A DNA stretch of 64,000 nt, taken from positions 2,208,001 to 2,272,000 of the forward strand of contig CAVTTL010000001.1 of the NCBI GenBank assembly GCA_963737635.1, read 5' to 3'. This stretch comes from an uncultured Methanoregulaceae archaeon (GTDB lineage: Archaea > Halobacteriota > Methanomicrobia > Methanomicrobiales > Methanospirillaceae). Positions 19,280 through 30,689 of this stretch are shown here, piece after piece. The translations under genes and the position numbers were made by a program. The notes beneath the pieces were generated by a model. It searched no databases, was not told the origin of the DNA, and saw only the letters and a list, made by a program, of their open reading frames with translations. Numbering within the stretch: position 1 is the stretch's first letter; every line of letters begins with the position of its first letter.

Positions 19280-20709
19280 ATGGCCGCCCCTCAGTTCCTC
19301 CCGATCCCTGAAACGATTCACGCGCTCGCCTGCGAGACCATCAGCCGCCGCATCGGGCGGCTCCCTTTTACCCGTGATGGTGTAGAGATCACCGAAAGCC
19401 TTGTTGGGATAACCCTGGAGTGCCTGAATGCAGAAGTCAGGCGGATCCTGCCTCTGAAAACGGGGGGACCGGCACCTGTCCCGGCTTGGCCGAATGCCTC
19501 AGCGAGCGTACCGGGAGCGATCAGGGCGCAACCGCACCGGTCATCGCCGGCATCCTGGTAACCGCGGGCCTTGCAGAGCCAGTCGAAGTTCTCGACACAG
19601 CCAATCACGTGAAAAGACAAGGGATCCGGCTCCTTTCCACATGGACCTGGCACATCGGATCAGGGGAATTTCCCACGAGCGGCGGCCAGTTTACCGGAGG
19701 AGAAAACGATGCGTGGCTTGCCCGGTGCCCGGTGTGCGGAACCGGCATACTCAGCCAGGTTACCGGTAAAAGACTGTTTGGTATTCCTCCCACCGATTAC
19801 TACCTCGACTGTTCCCACTGCGGTGCGAAATTTATCCCGGAAAAAGACCGGTTCCGGCTGGTTTCGATCGCACGGATTTCAGATCCACGATGGCGTCAGT
19901 ATCTCAATTCCTGCCGGACATCCGATGAATGGTCAGGACTGGTGCGGGAGGAGAGTCGTGCACAGAAAACGCCAGCCCGCATTGCCACATCACAGTACCG
20001 TATTGCCCCAAAAAAACCTGCGGTACCGGCTCCCCTTCCATTGGTGCGCCAGCATGAAAAATCCGAACGGCCAATCGAAGGCGTCCCGGTCCCGTTTTCC
20101 ACTCTCCGTGATGGGTCCCTGACCGTAGCCGGTACGACAAAAACCCTTTACTTCCGGTCCACAAAACTCCGGTTTTTAAGGGGAATCCGTCACGATCTCT
20201 TCAGCCACGCAGAGCGCACCCTTGAGCAGGCACTTGACGCACCGTCATTTTCTGAGATTAAACCGATCTTTGAACAGGAATATCGCCAATTCCTCCCGCT
20301 TCGGCTCGGACCGGTCACGGAAACGCTCAAAGAGAAAAACGACCCCCGCTACCGTTTGCTCCTCCATCGATACGGGGACGCCGATTTTGGCTCGTTTGCG
20401 ATGGATAACGAGGAAGAGGCACACCAGAAAGGGATCCTTATCGTATTTCTGCAGGGAAAACTCTGCCACATCGCCGCGTGTCACACAACGTTTGCGGATC
20501 TTGTTGACCGTTCTTTTGGAACCATCACAGCCGACCAATGCTATCGGGACGGTGACGAGACCGCGTGCAGGATCAATAACCTTCTCACCACGTTCCGGGA
20601 TACCCAAGCCGTCTGGCTTCACGAATTGGCAGATGACTGCTCTATCGATGCCCTTACGGCTGACCTGCAGAAACGCTACCTGAAGATTCCCGCGAGCCCA
20701 CCAGTATAG
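19280..20709 (+). CDS. Hypothetical protein with a Zn ribbon and a degenerate GIY-YIG-like C-terminal domain; frameshift at the G6 run ~19462
   Basis: ORFs 19184 and 19420 join across GGGGGG; CPVC...CSHC; KGILIVF...HIA...CYRDGDETACRINN. Confidence 0.55.
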
Positions 20710-20798
20710 TGCCAGATCCTGATAAGATCAGAGAATTTTTCATATCCTATGCGAACATTATACTTATCTACTCAGGTCAGAAAACGGGGAGAAACCGG

Positions 20799-22190
20799 AT
20801 GAAAAAGTGTCCGCACTGCGGGATGAATATCAGGGATAACGTCGAAGTCTGCGGGTATTGCGGAGGCGAGATTTCGCAGAAGCCGGCAGGACCCTCAGGT
20901 ATGAAAAGTGCGCAGGCCCCACAACGGAGCGTCCCGCCCAGGCCTGCCCAGAAAAAACCCCCGGTCGAGGAGCAGCCGGAGAGTGAAGAGGGGGAGGAAG
21001 AAGGGGGGGGCCTTTCTGCTATACTCCAGCCAGGCGAACAGGTTCTTATCGGATCTCTTAATGTATCGGTGAAAAAATTTTTTTTCCATGCATATCTCAC
21101 CAATAAGCGCATCTTCCTGATCGATACCCAGGAAAAGAAACTCAAAGTCACTGCAAAGGATATTCCACGTGACACGATAGCCGACAGTATTGTGGAATAC
21201 TCGGAGAATGCTGACCCGGTACTCGTGCTTTCGGTGAAATCTGCCGACGATGAGGTCAAGACCATGAAGCTGGTTTTTGCCCAGAGCGGTACAGATCGTA
21301 CTGGAGAGATCGACGACTGGATTTCGCTCCTCGGACAGGAGCCGGAACCAAAAAAATCCAAGCGGCCGGGTTCCATGCAGAAGGTGGCGGAACCACAGGA
21401 AGAAAGACATCTGGAAGAAGAGCCGGAGGAAGCGCTCCCGCCCCGTCCGGTGAAAACTGCCGTCCGCCAGGAAGAACTTCGCCCGGCCCGCAAACCCCTC
21501 AAGGAACACGAACGCCAGCAACCGGTAAAACGGCTTATACCCCTCGCACGCGAACCGGAGCCTGAACCGGAACCCGAACCGGAAGTCCAGCCCCAAAGAC
21601 GGGTGCAGATCAAGGCGGTAGAAGAAACGCAACCGCGCCGGGTACCTGTTTCCCGTGGAATTCCCACCCCCGTAAGAGGCGATTCGCAGCCGGTCAGGAA
21701 ACCCGAAGTACAAGCGGCGATGCGAACGGCGATGAATAATCCTGTACAGCCGGCGCGGCAGACCCAGATCCAACCGGTAAAAAACGTAATTTCAGAACCG
21801 GTCCGACGCCCTCTACCGGAAATGTCCCGGGAGGTTGTTACTGATGAGAGACCAGTAGTGCGGAGGACCGTCGTACCGCAAGAGCCGGCAGACAACCCGC
21901 AGTTCTGCCACAATTGCGGGAAGAAGCTTCCGGGTGAGGCAAACTTCTGCCCCGGATGCGGGACCCGTCTCGGGCGTTCACGGACCGACCCGATAGCACG
22001 AGTGTCAAAAACTGTGCCCCGACCTGCCGCGGCAGTGACCACACCACCATCTACGCAGCGCAGGATCCCAAAAATTGAAGAGGTGCAAGAGGAGGATGAA
22101 GAGGAGGATATCCAGCCTCGGCGCCCCCCGGTGAAAAAAACACCCAAAGGCAGCGACATGACCATCCTGCAGAAATTCCTCAGGCGTTGA
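20799..22190 (+). CDS. Zn-ribbon / PH-like / Pro-Glu-rich / Zn-ribbon cytoplasmic protein
   Basis: CPHCG..CGYCG; LQPGEQVL...YLTNKRIFLID; FCHNCG...FCPGCG. Confidence 0.75.
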   Translation: MKKCPHCGMNIRDNVEVCGYCGGEISQKPAGPSGMKSAQAPQRSVPPRPAQKKPPVEEQPESEEGEEEGGGLSAILQPGEQVLIGSLNVSVKKFFFHAYLTNKRIFLIDTQEKKLKVTAKDIPRDTIADSIVEYSENADPVLVLSVKSADDEVKTMKLVFAQSGTDRTGEIDDWISLLGQEPEPKKSKRPGSMQKVAEPQEERHLEEEPEEALPPRPVKTAVRQEELRPARKPLKEHERQQPVKRLIPLAREPEPEPEPEPEVQPQRRVQIKAVEETQPRRVPVSRGIPTPVRGDSQPVRKPEVQAAMRTAMNNPVQPARQTQIQPVKNVISEPVRRPLPEMSREVVTDERPVVRRTVVPQEPADNPQFCHNCGKKLPGEANFCPGCGTRLGRSRTDPIARVSKTVPRPAAAVTTPPSTQRRIPKIEEVQEEDEEEDIQPRRPPVKKTPKGSDMTILQKFLRR

Positions 22191-22296
22191 ATTAACAGGT
22201 GCTGGTGCGTTAGCGTGACCCAGAGAAAAAGACTCTGTCGAAATAAATACCAAGCCAGTATTTAAAGAGTGTCGAAGATGCACCAGAACCCCGCCA

Positions 22297-23145
22297 TCAT
22301 TTCTTTTTCCCGTCAGGAAGCAGGGGAAACGGGGATCCTCCTCCCTCGATGAGCCGTTTCCAGTTGAACTGGCTGAATATTTTCATCTGCAGGATAGCAC
22401 CTTTGTTCCTGGTATTAAGGACCGAGACCGTGCCGGAGTAAAACGGCGGGATCATGAGGAGTTCTTCGTCGTCAACGATCAGTTCGAGCACATTGTCAAC
22501 TTTCATCAGTTTATGGATCTCCTCGAATTCCGGAGGAGCAAAGGGTGGCGGCTCGGCGAATTTATCCGGAGAGATTACATGGATATCTGCGTTCTTTCCC
22601 AGGAACCGTTCATGCAATCTTTTCTCGAGACCCGGTTCATCGGATACCACGATAAGCAGCAGAGAAATATCCTTTATCCGTATATTTTCAATGATCGGAA
22701 GGTACCGCTCACCGATCATGCATTGGATCTGCTTTTTTGCCTTCCTAAAAAGGTCACGAATCTTATATTCGATGTTTTTGTCACCATATATGGTCCAGAG
22801 AGCCTCCTCTTTCTCGGTTTGCACCGTTACCTTTTCCAGTTTTTCCAGTTCCGCCAGTGCCAGATCAGCTGCCGCTTGGTGGTTCCCCATGAGCAGGTCG
22901 ATAGCCATCTCCGGTGAAACTGCGCTGTACCGCGCCGGTTTTGAGACCTTTTTTAAAGCAAGCCCCATCTCCGCCAGATGTTCCAAGGCTTCGTAAACAC
23001 TTGGCTTGGAAAGAGAGAGATAATCAATCAGGTCTTTTGCTTCCGCATTGTCATACAAGACCAGCGCGGCATAGACCCGTGCCTCCGTGGACGAGAGCCC
23101 GAGTTCATGGAGCGATTGTACGAGAGTCGAGGAGATGCTCTCCAT
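22297..23145 (-). CDS. TrmB-family transcriptional regulator
   Basis: LHELGLSSTEARVYAAL...SVYEALEHL wHTH plus effector domain (LIVDDEE). Confidence 0.9.
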   Translation of the reverse strand: MESISSTLVQSLHELGLSSTEARVYAALVLYDNAEAKDLIDYLSLSKPSVYEALEHLAEMGLALKKVSKPARYSAVSPEMAIDLLMGNHQAAADLALAELEKLEKVTVQTEKEEALWTIYGDKNIEYKIRDLFRKAKKQIQCMIGERYLPIIENIRIKDISLLLIVVSDEPGLEKRLHERFLGKNADIHVISPDKFAEPPPFAPPEFEEIHKLMKVDNVLELIVDDEELLMIPPFYSGTVSVLNTRNKGAILQMKIFSQFNWKRLIEGGGSPFPLLPDGKKK

Positions 23146-23165
23146 ATGAAAGGTAATAGTAACCG

Positions 23166-23256
23166 AGTCGTTAATAATCTTACTACTTTGATGGATACAT
23201 TATTTAAGTCCCAGCTGCAACTTAGAAACGTAAAAGTAGTAAAAAAATTTACTACT
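23166..23256. promoter_or_regulatory. Two copies of a palindromic operator AGTAGTAAA-N4-TTTACTACT
   Basis: Perfect 9-bp inverted repeat at 23235-23256; degenerate copy AGTCGTTAA-TAAT-CTTACTACT at 23166-23187; both lie between divergent trmB and the ABC operon. Confidence 0.7.
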
Positions 23257-23272
23257 CCATGAGGAAAGATAC

Positions 23273-24540
23273 ATGATCCAGAGACTCTCCCCTTCGGCTA
23301 CTCACAGTACCGGGGATCATTTGCACGAGAATAACCCGGGATGTCCGGGACAAAGGAAAGGAAATTTCGTTGGGATATCGCGTTCCCTGTGCGGCGCGTT
23401 TTTGGTCCTTGTCATCGCAATGGGCGTTCTGGCAGTACCGGCAGCGGCATACCCGACACCTTACTCCATGAGCGCTGATTCGAATGTGTATGTGTCCAAT
23501 ATCACGTACGACCCGGCCGTTTTTTTCACCGGCGACAGCGGGACCGTTACCTACACGGTGACCAACGGAAATACGAACACGAGCATGGTGGTCAACCACG
23601 CGGCGTTCAGCGATAACGACATGGATCTCACCAGTGGCACGTATGATGCGACGTTCAATATCGGACCTCTCCAGACCCAGGAGTATACTTTCTCGATAAC
23701 GACCAATGCAACCGATGGCATTTACTACCCGACATTCTCGATAACATTCCAGGACGGGCAGGGTATGCATTACCAGGGAATGGTCAAGGTCGACAATCGG
23801 CCGCTGGTCATGACCATCCTGAGCCGGCCGGATGCCTTTACCCAGGGTAAGAAAGACACGATCTGCGTACAGATCGCAAATCCCCGTGATAACGATGTGC
23901 ATAACGTCATCCTTGATGTCACCGGGAATAACGTCACCCTTTCGCCATCCAAGATCTATATCGGCGACTTGCCCGGGCAGAGCAGTACATCGATCAACTT
24001 TACTGCAATCCCGGCGGAGGAAACCACGCTCTCGTTGGCGGTAGGGTACGATAACGGCGACAATTACCACTCAGTGAATCTGACGCTTCCGGTCCAGTTC
24101 GGTGTCGATAAAACGCAGGCAAACCCGGTGATGAGCAACGTTGTTATTACCCTCACTAAAGGTGTCTATCAGGTTACCGGGGATATCACGAACGCCGGCC
24201 TGCTCACCGCAAATGGTGTCACGGTCACGTCCCTTTCCCCGGCTTCCCTCAGGACCCCGATGGCACCTATGTGATCGGCACCCTTAAGCAGGATGATTTT
24301 GGGACCTACGAAGTCACCTTCTCCGTCCCCCAGGGCACAACCAGTGTCCCGCTCCAGATATCGTACAAGGATAAAGACGGTAATGTGATCGCATCGGTAC
24401 AGCCGGTCAGCCTCGTCGGGATCCTTGATACCTCAGATCCGAACCAGCAGCCCAGTGTGATTCCCGGCATAGTTATCGTCCTTGTCATTATCGGCGGCGC
24501 TGGCTGGTACCTCTACCGGAAGAAACAGAAAAAACAGTGA
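23273..24540 (+). CDS. COG1361-like S-layer-domain protein associated with an ABC exporter; frameshift ~24245
   Basis: Signal peptide; Ig-like repeats (YIGDL); the C-terminal TM plus basic tail lies in the 24271 ORF. Confidence 0.75.
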
Positions 24541-24554
24541 AAGGACAGTACGCT

Positions 24555-25226
24555 ATGCAACCGGTCATCCAGTTTTCTGACGTCGTCAAGATCTACCCGC
24601 TGAGATCAGGAGATGTGACCGCACTCGACCACATCTCTTTTGAAGTGGAACGCGGGGAGTTCATTGCAATCATGGGTCCGTCGGGCTCCGGCAAATCGAC
24701 ACTCCTGAACCTGATGGGGTGCCTCGATACCCCGACAACAGGGAATATCTTCATGAGCAGCATTGGGGTCCGGGATATGAGCGATACCGAACTGACAAAC
24801 CTGCGGCGGGACCATATCGGGTTTATCTTCCAGTACTTCAACCTCTTCCCGCTGCTCAATATTGTCGAGAACGTGAGCTTTCCCCAGATGCTTAAATCGC
24901 AGCAGCAGGTTGACGAAAAAAAAGCGGTTGAAGTCCTGCGTGCCGTCAAGCTCGACGAATTCCTCTTCACTCATACGCCTCTTGAATTGTCCGGGGGACA
25001 GCAGCAGCGGGTCGCTATCGCCCGGGCGCTCATCAACGATCCCGACATCCTGCTCTGCGACGAACCGACAGGCAACCTCGATTCAAAGACCGGTGCAAGC
25101 ATTATGGAACTTATGAGTGACCTGCACCGCAGGGGTGCTACGATCATCGTGGTCACGCACGATCCCAATATCGCAGAGTATACGGACCGCATTATCCATA
25201 TTGTCGACGGGAGAATCGCCCAATGA
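24555..25226 (+). CDS. ABC transporter ATPase (LolD/MacB type)
   Basis: GPSGSGKST, LSGGQQQR, DEPTGNLD, VTHD. Confidence 0.95.
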   Translation: MQPVIQFSDVVKIYPLRSGDVTALDHISFEVERGEFIAIMGPSGSGKSTLLNLMGCLDTPTTGNIFMSSIGVRDMSDTELTNLRRDHIGFIFQYFNLFPLLNIVENVSFPQMLKSQQQVDEKKAVEVLRAVKLDEFLFTHTPLELSGGQQQRVAIARALINDPDILLCDEPTGNLDSKTGASIMELMSDLHRRGATIIVVTHDPNIAEYTDRIIHIVDGRIAQ

Positions 25227-26419
25227 GCACGATATTCTGGGAGATCTCCCGGAGGAATATCCGGCTCCACATGCTGCGTTCGACCCTTGCCATGCTCGGG
25301 ATCATTATCGGTGTGGTCGCGATCGCAGCCATGGGGATCCTCGGCAACAGCATGGTCCAGGTCGTCTCCGCGAGCCTCTCTTCCGTCGGAGACAGCGTCA
25401 TTGTCACCCCGTATGCCGGCGGAGGCGGGTTTGGGGGAGGAGGAGGAAGTTCCCAGAACCTGGAGCTCACCCAGCAGAACTACGAGCAGATCAAACGGGC
25501 AGTGGCTCCCAATGAGGCGATTCCCATACATTCGACCTCCGAGCACATGAGAGTGGGCGTCGGTAGCGATGATATCGTCGCCATGGTCTACGGCGTCCCG
25601 CCGGATCAGACAAAATACCTGCTTCCCGATCTTCAGGCCGGGGATTACAGCAACGGGAACTCAGGTTGCCTGGTTGGATCAACTTTTGCGACGGACCATA
25701 ATATCAACGTTGGATCGCGGATCTCCATTGGGCAGGATGGGCAGGACGGTACGCTCCGGGTCACCGGCATCATCCCTGAAAGGGGCATGAGCTTCGATAT
25801 CAGCACGGACAATGCGATCGTCGTCACCCAGGACTGGTTCGAGAGCACGTATAACGATAAGGATGAGTACAACGAAGTTGTCGTCAAGGTCACAAGCGGC
25901 GATACCGCAACCGTCAAAACGATCATCGAGGGCCAGCTCAACCGGAATATCAAGGAAAAAACCGTGACGGTGATTGACAGCAAGGCGACACTTGCGAGCA
26001 TTTACCAGACGTTTGGGACGATCACAACCTTTGTCACGGCAATTGGCGGCATCTCGATGATCGTCGCCGGCGTCTCGATCTTCAATATCATGATGATGTC
26101 GGTCAACGAGAGGATAAAAGAGATCGGGATCATGCGCAGCATCGGGACCCAGAAACGGGAGGTGATGAGCATGTTCATCTATGAAGCTGGAATCATCGGC
26201 ATCGTCGGGAGTGTTACCGGCGGCATTATAAGTCTCCTTGCTGGTTACGGGATAAGTGCCTTGATGCTTAAGACCACCAAGTACCTCTTCACCGTCTCAA
26301 GCATGTCGTCGGTAGTCGAGGGTGTCGTATTTGGCATTTTCATTTGTATTGCCTGCGGTCTGTATCCGGCATGGCAGGCAGCAAACCTCAACCCGATCGA
26401 CGCGCTGCGGCATGAATGA
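25223..26419 (+). CDS. ABC transporter permease (MacB/FtsX type)
   Basis: RSTLAMLGIIIGV; NIMMMSVNERIKEIGIMRSIG; PIDALRHE. Confidence 0.93.
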   Translation: MSTIFWEISRRNIRLHMLRSTLAMLGIIIGVVAIAAMGILGNSMVQVVSASLSSVGDSVIVTPYAGGGGFGGGGGSSQNLELTQQNYEQIKRAVAPNEAIPIHSTSEHMRVGVGSDDIVAMVYGVPPDQTKYLLPDLQAGDYSNGNSGCLVGSTFATDHNINVGSRISIGQDGQDGTLRVTGIIPERGMSFDISTDNAIVVTQDWFESTYNDKDEYNEVVVKVTSGDTATVKTIIEGQLNRNIKEKTVTVIDSKATLASIYQTFGTITTFVTAIGGISMIVAGVSIFNIMMMSVNERIKEIGIMRSIGTQKREVMSMFIYEAGIIGIVGSVTGGIISLLAGYGISALMLKTTKYLFTVSSMSSVVEGVVFGIFICIACGLYPAWQAANLNPIDALRHE

Positions 26420-26497
26420 AGTTTTTTTATTGGGAGAATCTGCGAGGGCCCGTTCGCCAGATGTCCGATACCCGGAGAAAACTATAACCCACGGTAC

Positions 26498-26962
26498 CTA
26501 TGATGCAATCATGATCGGGATCCGTTCATCAGATCCTTTTTCCTGCGTAGGATGACGTATTGATGCTATCTCCGGCAAAGATTCGCTAGCCGATTCCCGT
26601 TGGGTATGCCCGGTCAGGATATCATTCTGGTGAGAAAGGGCTGCAAGAATCTGTCTGTTTGTTTCGAGTGCCTCTTTGGTGAGAGTGGAGAACTCTCTCA
26701 TGATCCTTGTCTGTTCGGTGATCAATGTGATCGCATCGGCAGATGTCATCCCGGTTTTTACATTCGGCAAGGTCGGCTGCCGTTTCTTTGCAAACTCGCT
26801 GCGGCGTTTCCACATCTTGGAGATATTATCAGGATCTTTCTTTGTATCGGGAAACACTTTGAGATACTGCTCAAAAAACTCATGACTGTCCCTGCATATG
26901 AGGACAAGGTCAATCTCCGCTTCCTCGACCACCTGGTATTTTCTGACAGTTTTCTCCTGCAT
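26498..26962 (-). CDS. Hypothetical protein with a coiled-coil C-terminal half
   Basis: Open frame from MQEKTVRKY; divergent from 27287. Confidence 0.5.
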   Translation of the reverse strand: MQEKTVRKYQVVEEAEIDLVLICRDSHEFFEQYLKVFPDTKKDPDNISKMWKRRSEFAKKRQPTLPNVKTGMTSADAITLITEQTRIMREFSTLTKEALETNRQILAALSHQNDILTGHTQRESASESLPEIASIRHPTQEKGSDERIPIMIAS

Positions 26963-27286
26963 AGTAACTTTCTCAGTCCACCATACGCACTGATGGGAAT
27001 AAAGGACCGGCTCCGAGCGGTGTGAAAGTGATGGTACTCCGGATCTAGATTCTTTAATTAAATTCAAATATCGTTAGATCAAAAACCGAAACATAAATCT
27101 TGTTTGATTCTCCTCGTAACGATCTAATTTAGCATTTCACGCATCCATAGCTGCAATAGAACCGCCCTCATAGGTCTCTTTTTATCTATATAGTGTCTTT
27201 ATTTTTTCATAAAATGCCTAATTATTCATTTAATCGAAATAAAAACATTTATTAACAAAAAAATAAAGATGTGAAAAATAGAGATT

Positions 27287-28166
27287 ATGGCTGTAGATCA
27301 GACTCAAGTCGATAGTTATATTAGTGCAGCCTCAGCTGAGGATCCGGCTTCCAAATTGAAGAACCTAGAGGAAGAGATCAACCTCATTAAAACTTCAATT
27401 AAACGCCTGTTGCTGGATCTGCGGGATCGCATGTCTGAATTCCAAAGTTTCCCCCAGACCACGACTATATCCGGGGACGAGGCGATATCTCAGGCACCTG
27501 CCAACGCAGAGGAAGCGAGAAAATCTGCCTTGGAAGCGCGGGAAGCGGCCCTTGAAGCACGTGAATTCCAGATAGAAGCAACAGAAACCACATCGGAGAC
27601 AGACCGAAATGAAAATGCCTCGCCACTAAAACCAGATCAACCTCTCGAAAGCAGGAAAACGGTGAATGAGAGAACGGTCTCAGCTCAGACGCTGTTTGGC
27701 GTTTCCACAATCCCGCAGGCAGCCCCCGTTTCCTGAACCTGTCAGTCTCCAAAAAGCGTACAGGCTTTTTATCTGGACGCAGAAAGCGGTAAAAAAATTC
27801 GGGCAGGATCGGATAGAAATTATGCTTGAATCCTACCGGGTCATGGGATATATGCCGGGAAAATCCCGGGATGAGATCCTTGGGATCGTCCGTCTTATGC
27901 CGATGGACGTTGGCATTCTGCAAGAGGTCAGTGCGGAGGACTACGTCTCCGAAATCTACACACTAAAGAGGATTCTTACACCCGACGATACCTCTTTTGA
28001 ACGGGACATGATCGAAATTCTGATGGAACAGCGCAGAAAAGATGATCTCACAAGTAAAATGCCAACCGGAGAGGAAAATGTTCTGGAATACCAGATCGTG
28101 CATGGTCAACGTGGGATCTCAAGCAACAGACAGCCTGATTTGGAGAGAACTGATCTTCTTTATTAA
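27287..28166 (+). CDS. Archaellum-accessory (FlaD/E-like) coiled-coil protein; frameshift ~27725
   Basis: LKNLEEEINLIKTSIKRLLLDLRDRM; C-terminal WTQKAVKKFGQDRIEIMLESYRVMGY resembles the FlaD/E C-terminal domain. Confidence 0.5.
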
Positions 28167-28631
28167 TGTAGATAACGGTTCTGCGGTTAGTGACTAATAT
28201 TCCAGTTTATTAAGAATCCTCAATCAATTATCAACGCATCAGCACCAATTTTGAAGAGATCACCGGTCTCGCCGAGATCCCGGTATGGCATTACGTGGTT
28301 CATATCGTTTAGATCCACGTTCTGTCCAATTGAAGACACTTATGCGAACTTTATTAAACTTCCCGGTGAGTGCTGATACGGGTATCTCCCGTTTTTCTTA
28401 TCGTAAAAAATTCCTCGCCAACCGACAACTTATCAGAACAATATTGAGAGGTATTATGAAATAAAATCCCGGTTGATCGTTTACAATTACCTTAAATATT
28501 CAATAATTCATTTGTGTATTCCATTAAAAAGTCCAACCAAAACGTCTGAAAAAAGAGAAAGATTATCTCTGTACATGACGGATAATTGTAGAAGACGCCC
28601 CAGAACAGACACTTGACTGCGGAGAAGTACC

Positions 28632-28988
28632 ATGGATATAACCACCACGATACATGACATAGCAGCTGTCATTTCAGTAACAGGACGCGTCGACACGCTG
28701 ACCGCTGGTGACTTCGAAGGTTCCATAAACAGCTGCATCGATCAGGGCGATCGTCGGATCATCCTCGATTTTACGGATCTTGTCTATATCTCCAGCGGCG
28801 GCCTGCGGGTACTGCTTGCCACCGCAAAGAGACTACATAACGACGGGGACCGGTTTATTCTCTGCGGCCTCTCGATCGAGGTCCAAAAGGTCATGAACCT
28901 TGCCGGTTTTACGGCTATATTCTCTATCTACGCCACGGCATCCGATGCACTGGTTGCAATAGAAAAGCCTGCCGCACCCCGTACCTGA
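28632..28988 (+). CDS. STAS-domain anti-sigma-factor antagonist-like protein
   Basis: GRVDT...ILDFTDLVYISSGGLRVLL with the conserved phospho-Ser. Confidence 0.92.
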   Translation: MDITTTIHDIAAVISVTGRVDTLTAGDFEGSINSCIDQGDRRIILDFTDLVYISSGGLRVLLATAKRLHNDGDRFILCGLSIEVQKVMNLAGFTAIFSIYATASDALVAIEKPAAPRT

Positions 28989-29183
28989 ACTCTTCTTCCG
29001 TTAAACTCTTGACCCGCACCTGAAGGGATATGTTCTGGCGTAAAGTACCGATATCAGACCCACCCAGATAGTCCTTGTGACAATATAGGGAACCAATGGT
29101 CCTTTACCAACATCTGTGACACGATAGAGGAGAATGGATATCAGCGAAAAAAGAAAACATTGTTTCCACAAGGAGGAGATCAG

Positions 29184-30000
29184 GTGCCGGTATATGGCGT
29201 AGAGGGTCCAGCGCAAGGATCGCCGCTCATAGAATTTGAAAACGTCACTATTGTCCGAGGTGGCTGCCGGGTGCTTGACGCTGTTACACTCTCCCTTCAC
29301 GAGGGAGAGAACGTCGCCATACTCGGACCAAACGGCGCGGGAAAATCCTCGCTTGTTAAGGCAATCACCCGGGAATATTACCCAGTGCTCTCAGAGGGAC
29401 CAGTGACCTTCCGGTTCCGGGGAAATGATGTCTGGGACGTCTTTGACCTGAGGTCGTTTATCGGCATTGTTTCAAACGATCTCCAGTACGCTTTCACGCG
29501 TACCATCACCGGCCATGAAGCAATACTATCCGGTTTTTTCTCAAGCGTCGGCCTTTTTAACCGGGAGATCACCCCGGCCATGGAAGAAAAAACTGAAGAG
29601 ATCGAACGACTTCTTGGGATCGAACAGCTCAGCTGCCCGGCCTATGACGGCCCTGTCGTCCGGTGAGGCCCGGCGGTTTCTGATAGGAAGGGCGCTTGTC
29701 TCCGGCCCGGCTACGCTCCTTCTTGATGAACCGACCAGCAGCCTGGACCTTTCCGCCCTGCACACCTTCCGCAGAACTCTGCGGGCGATCGCACAGGCAG
29801 GGACCGGTATCGTTCTGGTAACGCACAATCTTCACGATATCGTCCCGGAGATTACACGGGTCGTGTTGATGAGAGAAGGCAGGATCTTTTGCGACGGAGA
29901 GAAAAACGCTATGCTGACCAACGAGAAGATCGGCCAGCTCTTCTCAGTCCCTGTTTGTGTACGCAAAGAGAATGGCTGGTATTACGCGACCGGGTACTAA
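29184..30000 (+). CDS. ABC ATPase (ModF-like); +1 frameshift ~29631
   Basis: GPNGAGKS in the first frame; LSSGEARR, LLLDEP, VTHN in the second. Confidence 0.85.
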
Positions 30001-30113
30001 CGTCAACTGCACTAAATTGTAGCCCCTGATCTTCACTCTCGTTTCAGCACTGGAGAATGTTGAGTTCGCCGGATATTTTTTAGTGCTTTAAGAAAACAAA
30101 AAAGATGTTGTTG

Positions 30114-30689
30114 TCACGGGGCCGGTGCATCCGGGACCACTTTTTTAGCGCTAAATGAAGTCACAATAGCGGCGATGCCGATAACGATAGCGAAAATTCC
30201 GGCGACAAATGGCACAAGTACGGCCGAGATCAGCGGGAAGATGAGCAGCAGGATCCCAAAGATGAGGCTGATGATCCCAAGGATACCGTTTCCCGCATCC
30301 TTTGAAGTGAATGCCTGGTACAGGTGAGCTGCCCCAATAAAGCACGCCCATATACCGATAAGGATGATGAGGAATGTCACAACGAAGAATGCACTGTAGA
30401 TGGGGTAGGCAAGGATGAGGATACCGGCGATCAGGTTGATGACCCCAAGGAAGATCTTCCATCCCATGTTGTTCCGGTCAACAGCAAGGCTCGCCAGGGA
30501 GAAGATACCCCCGACAAACCAGTAGGCACCAAGGAAAGTAACAAAGACAAGCGTCGTTATACCCGGCGACGTAAGGAACATGATCCCGATAATCAGGGAG
30601 AGAATCCCCCACAGGAGGAGGATCCACCAGGGATGGAGACCAGAAGAACAACACCAGCATGTTTGCGGAGAAGCAGTTGTTTCAGCCAT
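30114..30689 (-). CDS. HdeD/DUF308-family membrane protein
   Basis: WWILLLWGILSLIIG; six TM helices in repeated units. Confidence 0.85.
   Translation of the reverse strand: MAETTASPQTCWCCSSGLHPWWILLLWGILSLIIGIMFLTSPGITTLVFVTFLGAYWFVGGIFSLASLAVDRNNMGWKIFLGVINLIAGILILAYPIYSAFFVVTFLIILIGIWACFIGAAHLYQAFTSKDAGNGILGIISLIFGILLLIFPLISAVLVPFVAGIFAIVIGIAAIVTSFSAKKVVPDAPAP

Noticed and set aside
21550-21585. GAACC(G/C)-type short tandem repeat
   Set aside because: Encodes an EPEPEP linker; it is not an array
20777-22165. 462-aa antisense ORF, and similar long shadows at 56724-57692, 34106-34675 and 16672-17244
   Set aside because: These are mirror frames of well-supported genes, explained by codon bias and low complexity
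30009-30086. GCACTAAA/TTTAGTGC inverted repeat with an internal GAGTTCGCC (MITE or fluoride riboswitch?)
   Set aside because: Only 8 bp, single copy, located between convergent gene ends, and lacking the rest of the crcB consensus
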